From contig CAVVXN010000005.1 of the NCBI GenBank assembly GCA_963752285.1, positions 224,001 to 288,000 on the forward strand: a stretch of 64,000 bases of DNA, read 5' to 3'. Source of the DNA: an uncultured Planctomycetota bacterium. GTDB taxonomy: Bacteria > Planctomycetota > PLA2 > JAEUHO01. Under the pieces are notes generated by a model that did no database searches, was not told the origin of the DNA, and saw only the letters and a list, made by a program, of their open reading frames with translations. Of the stretch, positions 9,885 through 18,736 are shown piece by piece; the stretch's first letter is position 1; every line of letters starts with the position of its first letter. The position numbers and the translations under genes are program-made.

Positions 9885-11549
9885 ATGGGAGCAGGCCGTC
9901 GCGTTCCGAGGCCCGCCCGCGTGCCCCTCGGGATCGTCGGGGCCGTAGGAGCCACGGCGCTCTGGCTCGTGTCCTCCTTCGCCGGCGCCGACGAGGATCC
10001 CGGGGGGGAGATCCGGCGTCTGGCGTTCGCCGGCGAGTGCGGGAACGCGATCACCGCCGCCGAAGCCGCCCTGAAGCAGGACCCGTCGTGCTACGCCGCG
10101 GCGCGTCTCCTCCAGGACCTGCTCTACGAGGCACACGACGAGGCGGGGCTCCGGGCGCTGCTCGCGGGGAAGGGCGTCTCGCCGGCCGTCTCGGCGTACC
10201 TCGCGGTGCGCGCGAAGCCGCCCGAGGACCGGTTCGCGTCGCTCTCCGCCCCGGGGCCCGGGGCCGGGCTCCCCGACGTGGCGGTGCTGGACCGCGCGTG
10301 GGCCGCCCTGGAGATCGGGAAGGCGCGTTCGGCGATCCCCGACGTCCGCGCGTACCTGAAGGCCCACCCCGACGACCCCGAGGGCTGGGAGGTCCTCGGA
10401 CGCATGGAGGCCGTCGAGACGAGCCCGCGCGCGGGCCGCCCCTCGCTCGAGAAGGCCCTCGCGCTCGATCCCGGCCGCCCCGGGGCCTCGCGCGCCCTGT
10501 CCGACGTGCTCCAGCAGCTCGGCGAGCGCGCGGCGGCGCGGGCCACGCTCGAGGCGGCGCTCCAGCAGTACCCGAAGAACTACTTCCTCCGCTTCGCCCT
10601 CGCCGTGGACCACCTGCGGGCCGACGAATTGGACCGCGCCCTGGTCATCCTGCAGGAGCTCGAGAAGGAACGCGCCAAGGACGACCGCGTGCTGGACCGC
10701 CTCGCGTTCACGTACCGTCGGCTGGGCCGCCTGGACGACGCCGCGACGGCGGCCGGCCGCGCGCTCGAGCTCGATCCGAAGAACGCCCGCGCGCTCGAGA
10801 CGCTGGGATTCGTCCAGGAGAAGAAGGGGGCGCTCGACGAGGCGCTGCGACGCGATCTCGAGGCGGTCCGCGCGGCGCCCGAGTGGATCGACGCGTACGT
10901 GGCCGTCGCCTTCGTGCAGGTCCTCATGGGCGAGCTCGAGTACGCGAAGGCGACGCTCGACAAGGCGTTCGACATCGAGAAGGACCATCCCGGAGCGAAC
11001 CGCGTCGCCGGGCTCGTCGCGTTCCTCCAGGAGGACGACCGGGCGGCGAAGCGGTACCTCTCGATCGTCCTCGCGTCGAAGCCGAACGACATCCCGGCGC
11101 ACCGGTTCCTCGGCTACCTCTATCTCGACGAGGGCAAGGCGAACGACGCGCTGGATCACTTTCAGAAGATCGCGGAGCTCGACGTCGAGGACAGCGCGTG
11201 CCACCGCATGATCGGGCGCGCCAACCTGTTCCTCGGCAAGGTCGACGTCGCGATCGCGGAGATCGAGAAGGCGATCGCGCTGGCCCCGAAGGACGCCTGG
11301 GCCGAGCTCGAGCTCGGCAAGGCGCTCGAGACGAAGGGCGACTTCGACGGCGCGAAGGCCGCGTACCAGAAGTCCATCGCGCTCGACCCGAAGCTCACCT
11401 GGCCCCACCTCTACCTCGCGGAGCTCTTCGACGACACCGACGGGGACGTGGACAGCGCGCTCCCGCACTACCAGCGCTACCTGGAGCTCGGCGGGCCCGA
11501 CGCCGACAACGTGGTGGCGTCCCGCATCGCCCAGATCCGCAAGTCGTGA
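9885..11549 (+). CDS. Tetratricopeptide repeat protein
   Basis: Many TPR units (ALALDP, ALELDPKN, AIALAPKD, SIALDPKL); N-terminal hydrophobic segment. Confidence 0.88.
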   Translation: MGAGRRVPRPARVPLGIVGAVGATALWLVSSFAGADEDPGGEIRRLAFAGECGNAITAAEAALKQDPSCYAAARLLQDLLYEAHDEAGLRALLAGKGVSPAVSAYLAVRAKPPEDRFASLSAPGPGAGLPDVAVLDRAWAALEIGKARSAIPDVRAYLKAHPDDPEGWEVLGRMEAVETSPRAGRPSLEKALALDPGRPGASRALSDVLQQLGERAAARATLEAALQQYPKNYFLRFALAVDHLRADELDRALVILQELEKERAKDDRVLDRLAFTYRRLGRLDDAATAAGRALELDPKNARALETLGFVQEKKGALDEALRRDLEAVRAAPEWIDAYVAVAFVQVLMGELEYAKATLDKAFDIEKDHPGANRVAGLVAFLQEDDRAAKRYLSIVLASKPNDIPAHRFLGYLYLDEGKANDALDHFQKIAELDVEDSACHRMIGRANLFLGKVDVAIAEIEKAIALAPKDAWAELELGKALETKGDFDGAKAAYQKSIALDPKLTWPHLYLAELFDDTDGDVDSALPHYQRYLELGGPDADNVVASRIAQIRKS

Positions 11550-11591
11550 CCGGACGCGCGACGCGCGGTCCACGACGGGCGTCGAGCGCGT

Positions 11592-11825
11592 TCAGTCGTC
11601 GAAGCAGCAGGGGCCGCCACCCGCGCGGGGCGCACCCTCGCCGCACGGGCCTCCGGCCGCGCACGCCGCGGGGGGCGTCGCCGCGGCGTGGCCGACGGCG
11701 AACGCGGACCCGTGCTTCTCGAGCTCCGTCCCCCGGCACGAGAGGCACGCCGGCCGCTCGTCCCCGTAGCCCAGCGCCTCGAAGTCGTGGGAGCAGGTCC
11801 GGCAGCGGTACTCGTAGATCGGCAT
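11592..11825 (-). CDS. FmdB family zinc-ribbon regulatory protein
   Basis: MPIYEYRCxxC...CxxC signature with a Cys-rich tail. Confidence 0.9.
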   Translation of the reverse strand: MPIYEYRCRTCSHDFEALGYGDERPACLSCRGTELEKHGSAFAVGHAAATPPAACAAGGPCGEGAPRAGGGPCCFDD

Positions 11826-12042
11826 CGTGGCGCTCCGAAGCCGCCGAAGCTAGCCCTCTCGGGCGTGCCACCCCCCGGCGCACCGGCGTCACGTCGCGGG
11901 TCTTTCGTCCCAATCTCGCCACGGCGGAGGTCGCTCCCCCTGAACGGTGCCTTCATCCCCCCCGGCGCCCCGGCCGATAGGAAGACACCCGAGATTCGGG
12001 TCCCACGAGAGGGGCGCGAAGACCGGCGTCGAGGGGCAGCCC

Positions 12043-12489
12043 ATGGTGAAACGAGAGAAGCGCCGGGCGATCCGGGTGGCATGCAGCCTCCCGTTGCGCA
12101 TCCGCACGCGCACGGGATGGCTCGACGTCCGCGTGACGGACCTGAGTCGTCGCGGCCTCAAGCTGACGATCGCCGACGAGAAGGTCGGCGTGCGGGAGAA
12201 CGCGACGGTCCTCGACGTCGCCCGACGGCTGGGCGGCATCCTCCCGGAGAGCATCGAGGCCCACTTCGACCCCGAGGGCACCATCCGCCGGCGGCTGCGC
12301 GTGGTGCGCGTCGGACGCCACGTGGACGACCGCTCCGTCGAGCTGGGTTGCCTGCTCGACGAGGCCCTCGAAGACACGGACGCGGTGCGGCTCGACGTGA
12401 TCCTGCCTCGGGAGGGCGAGACCTGGCAGCAGGCCGAGCGGAGACTCGACTCGGAATCCTCTCCCACCTCCGACCAACCGGCGCGCTGA
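12043..12489 (+). CDS. PilZ domain protein (c-di-GMP receptor-like)
   Basis: EKRRAIR (RxxxR) and DLSRRG (DxSxxG) motifs. Confidence 0.8.
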   Translation: MVKREKRRAIRVACSLPLRIRTRTGWLDVRVTDLSRRGLKLTIADEKVGVRENATVLDVARRLGGILPESIEAHFDPEGTIRRRLRVVRVGRHVDDRSVELGCLLDEALEDTDAVRLDVILPREGETWQQAERRLDSESSPTSDQPAR

Positions 12490-12582
12490 GAGGCCAGTTC
12501 GCGGCCCTTCCTCCTCCTTGCGTGCATTCGCACGCGGCGTCGTCGTCATGGCCACTCCTTTGGCCTCTCAGCGCGCCGGTTG
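12475..12582. repeat. Perfect 22-bp inverted repeat spanning the PilZ stop codon
   Basis: CAACCGGCGCGCTGAGAGGCCA (12475-12496) is the exact reverse complement of TGGCCTCTCAGCGCGCCGGTTG (12561-12582); 64-nt loop. Confidence 0.9.
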
Positions 12583-12596
12583 CGTGCGGACGTTTG

Positions 12597-13373
12597 GGCG
12601 GCGTGGGCTCGCGGGGCCGCCTTTGGCGGCGCCGCATCGCGCGGAGGGGGCGTGCGCTCGCGGCGTCGGCCTTCGGCCTCGCCGCGTTGCGGGGGCGGCG
12701 TGGGCTCGCGGGGCCGCCTTTGGCGGCGCCGCATCGCGCGGAGGGGGCGTGCGCTCGCGGCGTCGGCCTTCGGCCTCGCCGCGTTGCGGGGGCGGCGTGG
12801 GCTCGCGGGGCCGCCTTTGGCGGCGCCGCGTCGCGCGGAGGGGGCGTGCGCTTGCGGCGTCGGCCTTCGGCCTCGCCGCGTTGCGGGGGCGGCGTGGGCT
12901 CGCGGGGCCGCCTTTGGCGGCGCCGCGTCGCGCGGAGGGGGCGTGCGCTTGCGGCGTCGGCCTTCGGCCTCGCCGCGTTGCGGGGGCGGCGTGGGCTCGC
13001 GGGGCCGCCTTTGGCGGCGCCGCATCGCGGGGAGGGGGTCTGCGCTTGCGGCGTCGGCCTTCGGCCTCGCCGCGTTGCGGGGGCGGCGTGGGCTCGCGGG
13101 GCCGCCTTTGGCGGCGCCGCGTCGCTCGGAGGGGACGTGCGCTTGCGGCGTCGGCCTTCGGCCTCGCCGCGTTGCGGGGGCGGCGTGGGCTCGCGGGGCC
13201 GCCTATGGCGGCGCCGCATCGCGCGGGGGGGCGTGCGCTTGCGGCGTCGGCCTTCGGCCTCGCCGCGTTGCGGGGGCGGTGTGGGCTCGCGGGGCCGCCT
13301 TTGGCGGCGCCGCATCGCGCGGGGGGGCGTGCGCTCGCGGCGTCGGCCTTCGGCCTCGCCGCGTTGCGGGGGG
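12597..13373. repeat. Tandem array of 8 x ~97-bp REP/BIME-like palindromic units
   Basis: GCGTGGGCTC recurs at 12601, 12698, 12795, 12892, 12989, 13086, 13183 and 13279 (variant). Each unit has hairpins GCCGCC-TTT-GGCGGC and CGCGGCG-TC-GGCC-TTC-GGCC-T-CGCCGCG. The array lies between convergent genes and has no unique spacers. Confidence 0.95.
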
Positions 13374-13381
13374 GTGGGGGA

Positions 13382-14773
13382 TCAGCGGGCGGGGGTGGGG
13401 GTCCAGTCGTAGGTGGGAAGGGTGCGGCCGTTCTTGAGGTGGAGGCCGTCGGGGGACGTCAGGACGCCGTTCGCGGCGCGTGTGCCGCGGGTCGAGATCG
13501 CCTCTGCGCCGTACGCGGCGAGCGGACGGACTTCGCCCGGTTCCGAGCGGCCGTTGCCGTTCGCGTCCTGCCAGAGCGCGAGACCCTCGATCTCGTGGCC
13601 GCGGAGCCACCCGTCGGCGTCGTCGTCGAGGGCCGCGAGCGCCTCGTAGCCGTCACGGAAGAAGAGCCACCACGTGACCGAGCCGAAGAGCTGCTGCCCC
13701 GAGGTGATCTCGCCCGTCCCGCTCGGGTCCCAGACGAGGAACGCGGCGTCCGCCGAGGGCCACGGCCATGGCTCCGCCGTGCCGTCGCCGTCGAGGTCGA
13801 AGGTCGCCGTCCGGCCCGGCGGGAGGAGCGCGGCGAGCGAGGTGGTCAGGCCGAGGGGAACGAGGATCGGCGTGATCGCCCCGCGGGGCTTCGACTCGAG
13901 CTTTCTCACCGCGTCCTCGACCGCCCTCACCTCCGGCGTGTTCGCTTCCGGGCCGCCGCGCGCCTGCACGAGTCGGACCCACGCCCGGCCGGCCTCGTGG
14001 GCGACGAGCTCCCTCAACCCGAGGACCGGTAGAGACGGCATCGCGAGGTCCTCGGCGATCGCCAGGTCGTAGGCCCGCCGGTACGCCCCGATCGCGACGT
14101 CCTGCCACCACCAGGCGATCACGCTCGCGAGCCGGGCGCGCGCCTCCGGCGACGCCTTCCCGATCGCCGCGTCGAGCCGCGGCCACGCGCGCGGTCCGAG
14201 GGCGGTCAGCGCCTTCGTCGCCTCCTCGCGTGTCGCCGCCGCCTCCGCGTCCAGGCGGTCGATCAGCGCGTCGATCTTCTGGACCTCCTCGCCCGAGAGC
14301 GCTGCCGGCGCCTCGGGCGTCGGAGGACGTACGTCGGGGAAGACCGCGCCCGCTTCCGCCGCGTAGGCGCGGGCCAGGTGGTATGCGGCGTCGTCGGGCG
14401 CGAGCGCGATCGCGCGCGCCGTCTCGCCCATCGCGTGCTCGAGGTGCGAGACGAGCTCCGAGCGCGGGGGCGCCTTGCCGGGGCTGGTCTCCTGGTACGG
14501 CACGTCCACGTCAGGGAGCTTCTGCGGGTCCTCCGCGTCGAGATAGGCGCGGATCTTCGTGCTCTTGTGGACGAGCGCGAGCGTGTGGATCCGCGCGAGG
14601 ACGTAGTGGCCGCGCGCGTCCTCCGGATGCGCCGCGACGAAGCGTCCGACGTTCTCCACGAGCCGGTCCACCGGGACCTCGTCGGGCAGGCGGAACATCG
14701 CGCGGGCTCCGGGCGCGGGAACTACGAGGAAGGCGATCGAGGACACGAGAACGAACCCGGCGCCGTGTCGCAT
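13382..14773 (-). CDS. Exported protein with TPR/HEAT-like N-terminus and a C-terminal Ca-binding domain resembling the FrpC self-processing module
   Basis: GGAGG RBS and signal peptide. C-terminus TPIL...FDLDGDG...W...AFLVWD...ITSGQQLFG...DGYEALAALDDDADG...LWQDANGNG follows the RTX/FrpC SPM-like pattern. Confidence 0.75.
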   Translation of the reverse strand: MRHGAGFVLVSSIAFLVVPAPGARAMFRLPDEVPVDRLVENVGRFVAAHPEDARGHYVLARIHTLALVHKSTKIRAYLDAEDPQKLPDVDVPYQETSPGKAPPRSELVSHLEHAMGETARAIALAPDDAAYHLARAYAAEAGAVFPDVRPPTPEAPAALSGEEVQKIDALIDRLDAEAAATREEATKALTALGPRAWPRLDAAIGKASPEARARLASVIAWWWQDVAIGAYRRAYDLAIAEDLAMPSLPVLGLRELVAHEAGRAWVRLVQARGGPEANTPEVRAVEDAVRKLESKPRGAITPILVPLGLTTSLAALLPPGRTATFDLDGDGTAEPWPWPSADAAFLVWDPSGTGEITSGQQLFGSVTWWLFFRDGYEALAALDDDADGWLRGHEIEGLALWQDANGNGRSEPGEVRPLAAYGAEAISTRGTRAANGVLTSPDGLHLKNGRTLPTYDWTPTPAR

Positions 14774-14916
14774 GAGGCCTCCGCGGCGGCCACGGTACCC
14801 CGGGGCGAGCCCCTTCGCGTCGTGCCCCCCCCCAGGAAGGTCGCTCCGGAGCCTCGGGTGGACCTGGCGGCGAAACGGGCGTCCTTCGGGACGCCGTCCG
14901 TTCGCCGGGCCGGACC

Positions 14917-15981
14917 TCAGTTCCCGCCGCCCTCGCCCGCTCCGTCGGACTTCTTCGCCCCGTCGGCGAAGAGCGCTTCCCATCGGGGGTCCTGGCGCAG
15001 GCTCGCGAGGTCCTCGTCGGCCTTCGCGTTCGCGACGATGTCGTCACGGTCCTCCGCGGGCCACCCGTCGAGCGCGAGCTTCAACACCTTGAACGCGTCG
15101 TCGGTCCGCTTGGCCAGCGCGTACGCACATGCGAGGTTGTAGCGCGCGTTCGGGAGCAGGCGCTCGGGACTCTTGCTCTTCGGCGCGAGTTCCACCGCCT
15201 TCTCCCAGTTCGCGATGCCCTCGTCGAGCCGACGGAGCTTCAGCTCGGCCATGCCGGTCGCGTACGCGAGCTGGAACTTCTGGGCATCGTCGAACCCGTT
15301 CTCTCCCGCGGCCGCCTCGGCGGCCGCGAGGACGCGAAGCGCCGTCTTCGGGTCGGACTCGTCTTGCTCCACGTATCCGTCGCCCGCGGCCAGGAGGACT
15401 TCGGGGTCGGTAAGGGGCTTCTGCAGCTGCCTCGAGGCGACGGTCACGAGCCAGAATCCCTGCTCCTTCGGCTCGACCTGCAGGGCCAGGACGGCGTCCT
15501 TCAGGATCGAGGCCGACGACTCGGTCTTCTCGCCGAGAAACGCGTGGCAGAGGAAGCACTGCCTTCCCCTCGGGTAGACGGCGATGGCGTGGTGCCGCTG
15601 ATCGCCGGACCAGCTCTCCTTCACGTAGAGCATCCACGGGTGGGGGTCCTGGCCTTCCTGCACGTCGGTGGGCTTCTCGTCCCCTTCCCCCACGAGCTTC
15701 TTCACGTGGGCGAACCACTCCGCCGGCGATTTCGCGTCCGCGGATTCCTGGATCAGGATCGCCACCTCGAGACCCTGCGACGTCTTGCCGCCGAACAGCA
15801 GCATGGGTTTCTCGAGCGACGGCTCGTCCACCAGGCCCGGGATCGTGTAGGAGATTCCGAAGTACTGATCGACGTACTTGCCGTTGGAGAAGCCCCGCTC
15901 GATGGAGGGCGCGTCGTCTCCCGCTCGGGCGAGCGTCAGGGGCGCAAGGGCGACGAGCGTGAGCAGGGCGGCGGTTCGCAT
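14917..15981 (-). CDS. Exported protein with C-terminal TPR module
   Basis: GGAGG RBS, signal peptide MRTAALLTLVALAPLTLARA, C-terminal ARYNLACAYAL...ADEDLASLRQDPRW. Confidence 0.8.
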   Translation of the reverse strand: MRTAALLTLVALAPLTLARAGDDAPSIERGFSNGKYVDQYFGISYTIPGLVDEPSLEKPMLLFGGKTSQGLEVAILIQESADAKSPAEWFAHVKKLVGEGDEKPTDVQEGQDPHPWMLYVKESWSGDQRHHAIAVYPRGRQCFLCHAFLGEKTESSASILKDAVLALQVEPKEQGFWLVTVASRQLQKPLTDPEVLLAAGDGYVEQDESDPKTALRVLAAAEAAAGENGFDDAQKFQLAYATGMAELKLRRLDEGIANWEKAVELAPKSKSPERLLPNARYNLACAYALAKRTDDAFKVLKLALDGWPAEDRDDIVANAKADEDLASLRQDPRWEALFADGAKKSDGAGEGGGN

Positions 15982-16104
15982 GGCGACCTCCAGGTGCGAC
16001 TCCGAACCTCGCAGTCTGCCACTGGGCCTCCGGCGCGGGAAGGGAAGCACGCGCGCTCACTCCCGTCCCCCCGCCGTCGAGGCCGGCCAGCCCCCCGCCC
16101 CCGC

Positions 16105-16142
16105 AGGGGGCTCCGCCCCCTCCGCGCCGGCTTCGCCGTCGC
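16105..16142. repeat. Partial (38-bp) copy of the tRNA-associated repeat unit
   Basis: AGGGGGCTCCGCCCCCTCCGCGCCGGCTTCGCCGTCGC is identical to 17307-17344 and to the tandem copies, but lacks the tRNA 3' end. Confidence 0.9.
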
Positions 16143-16644
16143 ACCGCCTTCCCGAAGAAGGGTCTGAACCTCCTCGGGATCGGGGTCGAGCTCACCGTGG
16201 TGGAGGGGGGCTACCGCGCTGCTCGCCCACCAGGACCTCCCGGCGAGCGAGGACTGGTGCACGAGCCACGCGCCGCCCGTCGAGCGGTTCCTCGAGATGC
16301 TCGTCACGAAGTCCCGCTCGGAGACGCTCGCGGTCACGGCGTCGTGGGACCTCGACCGAACCCCGGCGTCGATGAGTACGGCGAGATGGGCTGCAGGGAC
16401 GACTGGGACGTGGATCTGAAACCATAGCTTCCGTTGGATCGGACGACAGGGTTCACACGACGGCTCTCGCGGCGCTCGATCCATCGCGCCAACTGGATGA
16501 CGACAGCCCCTGGAATCGCGAACACCGCCCCATGCACGGCGAGGGCCGACACGATCTGGCGTGGCCGCGGAGCGGATCGTCCCGACCCGACGCGGGCGCC
16601 CTGTCGCCGCCCCGATCCCGCCCGGGGCGCCCGAGGCGCTCGAC

Positions 16645-17097
16645 CTACTGGGGCGCCTGCCCGTCTGCGCCGTACGCGCTCGCGACCTCCTTGCGAACGG
16701 CCTGCGTATCAACACCCGCGCCACGGAGGATCTGGCTGGCGACCCGATCGTCTGCCAGCACGCCCAGAAAGAGGTGTCCTGCGCGGATCTCCGCGTGGTG
16801 CATCCCTTCCGCGGCTTCCATCGACGCCTCCAGGGCGCGCTTCGCGGAAGGTGTGAACGGGAGCTGCCCGTCCGGGATGGGGTCGCCGCCTCGCGGCACG
16901 CGTGCGAGTACGCGCTCGCGCAACGCCGCGCGATCGACACCAAGGCGATCCAGCACCTTCCCAAGGACGGCCCCAGGCTGGCCCAGGCACGCGAGCAGGA
17001 TGTGCTCGGTCCCGATGTAGTCGGTGCGCAGCTCCTGGGCCTCAGCACGTGCGAGACGCATGATCCGCCTGCCCTCGTGGTCCTGATCTCCGACCAT
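16645..17097 (-). CDS. Stand-alone Clp protease N-terminal (Clp_N double repeat) domain protein
   Basis: LARAEAQEL..DYIGTEHILLA and PFTPSAKRALE...HAEIRAGHLFLGVL; no AAA+ domain. Start could be 17097 or 17106. Confidence 0.8.
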   Translation of the reverse strand: MVGDQDHEGRRIMRLARAEAQELRTDYIGTEHILLACLGQPGAVLGKVLDRLGVDRAALRERVLARVPRGGDPIPDGQLPFTPSAKRALEASMEAAEGMHHAEIRAGHLFLGVLADDRVASQILRGAGVDTQAVRKEVASAYGADGQAPQ

Positions 17098-17237
17098 GGA
17101 GCCCATCCTAAGGCGACGGCGTCGTGGGGAGCGAACGCGACGGAGGCGGCCCGTACTCAAGCCCGGCTCCGCCACGACCCCGACGAAGAGGCTCGCGCGC
17201 CGCGGGAGCTGGCGCGCGACGAGCGACGCGAGAAGTG

Positions 17238-17354
17238 TGGTAGCGGCGGTTGGACTTGAACCAACGACCGGTGCCTTCGGCCCCGGTCGAACGACGGGGT
17301 CATGTGAGGGGGCTCCGCCCCCTCCGCGCCGGCTTCGCCGTCGCTACCCCAGGC
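17238..17354 (-). repeat. Isolated 117-bp repeat unit ending in the tRNA-Met 3' end
   Basis: Identical to 18715-18831, 18895-19011 and 19075-19191; its first 32 nt on the + strand equal tRNA bases 19255-19286. Confidence 0.95.
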
Positions 17355-17628
17355 TCATGAATCGGCCCCCCGGTGTTCGCCACGAAGGCGATGAAATGGC
17401 CCCGGGCGGGCGATCGGGCGGACGCAGGCTGGAGGCCAGACGCCCCGGATCATCCCACGAGCGTCCCCCCATTCCGGACGGCGTGCTGGGACGAGTGCTG
17501 GGACGGGCCAGACCTGCTCTCTGTGAGGTGCCCCCCGCGCCCGGATGCGCGCCGGGACGGGCATCCTCGCGCCCGCGCCTCGACCCCGGAGGGGTACGCT
17601 GGTCGCGACGCCCGGGAGCGACGAGCCG

Positions 17629-18069
17629 GTGTGCTACATGCTCTACCTCTGGACCGATAGCCCCGAGGATCTGGGCGCAGTCTCCCTGCCGGGGGTCCGC
17701 TTCGAACGGGTGACCGGCGACGGAGCCGTCCCCGCCTTGCTCGGGCTCGAGCGCGCGGAGACGTGGTTCGTCGCCTCTGCCAGCGGGTGCTCCTGCACGC
17801 TCCGGCACGTGTGCGAGGAGTCCCTCGATCTCGGCTTCGGCGCGCCCGAGGCCTGGTATCCCGAGGATCGGGACGAGATCTCGGCCACGAAGGCCCTCTA
17901 TGACGTCCTCGAGCGACTCGTCGCCGGCGGCTTCGCGGTCACACTCCACGACGGTTGGTGCGACGACGCGGTGGCGCCACCCGCGAGGACGCTCCAGGTC
18001 TCCCTCTCCGAGGTGAGTCGGGACCGTTTTCGCCTCTTCGAGAACACCGCGTTCCGGCTCCGACCGTGA
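17629..18069 (+). CDS. Hypothetical protein (MCYMLYL...GCSCT...FRLFEN)
   Basis: GTG start giving MCYMLYLWTD; protein-like composition with a CSC motif; lies between repeat units. Confidence 0.65.
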   Translation: MCYMLYLWTDSPEDLGAVSLPGVRFERVTGDGAVPALLGLERAETWFVASASGCSCTLRHVCEESLDLGFGAPEAWYPEDRDEISATKALYDVLERLVAGGFAVTLHDGWCDDAVAPPARTLQVSLSEVSRDRFRLFENTAFRLRP

Positions 18070-18190
18070 CCTTCGCTGTCGAGGGCCGTGCGCCCGTAGG
18101 GCGCAGAGGGACACGGCGCCCGCGTGCCGCCACCGGGCGCGGTCCGTCCGTGCCGGGGTCCGGGGCGCCGCGGGGCGCGAGCCTCGTGCG

Positions 18191-18736
18191 TTGCGGAGAG
18201 GCGCCCTGCGGATCGCGCAGCTTTCAGACACCCACGTTGTCATGGACGGGCTCGTCTCTGGGGCCGACAGCGCCCGGGGACTCTCCGTGGCGGTCGCGTA
18301 CCTCGCCGCATGCGCGCCCGCCCCCAACGTCGCGCTCGTCACCGGCGATCTCGTGCACGACGGTCCCGCCGAGGCGTACCGGCGGCCCGCCGACCTGCTC
18401 GGCGGACTCCCGTGTCCGTGGCACGTGATCCCGGGAAACCACGACGATCGTGCGTCGCTGCGCGCCGCACTCCCGGAGCACGCGTACCTGGGATCGTCCG
18501 GGCCGTGCCACTACGCGGTGGGGGACACGGGGCCCCTGCGCCTCGTGGGGCTCGACACGCGGAACGGTGGCGGGTGGCTCGGCCCCGCGCAGCTGTCGTG
18601 GCTCGACGCGCGCCTGGCGGAAAGGGCCAGGCGACCCACCGTCGTCTTCCTCCATCACCATCCCGTGCCGTCGGGGATCGCCGAGATTGACCGGATGGGG
18701 CTGCTCGAAGCCGATGGTAGCGGCGGTTGGACTTGA
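18191..18736 (+). pseudogene. Truncated metallophosphoesterase (CpdA/Icc-like phosphodiesterase)
   Basis: IAQLSDTH, VTGDL, PGNHDD, LDT and FLHHHP motifs are present. The reading frame runs into the repeat at 18715 and stops before the final GHxH motif. No ATG at the expected start. Confidence 0.75.

Noticed and set aside
9879..9887. UGA read-through fusing the small exported protein to the in-frame TPR gene
   Set aside because: No redox motif or SECIS-like context, and the TPR gene has its own N-terminal hydrophobic signal.
12597..13373. CRISPR array
   Set aside because: Units are near-identical along their whole 97 bp, with no unique spacers, and no cas genes are present in the window.
12158..14032. 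Long Arg/Ala/Gly-rich ORFs across the 97-bp array
   Set aside because: Artefacts of a stop-free GC-rich repeat whose period is not a multiple of three; the same peptides recur in all frames.
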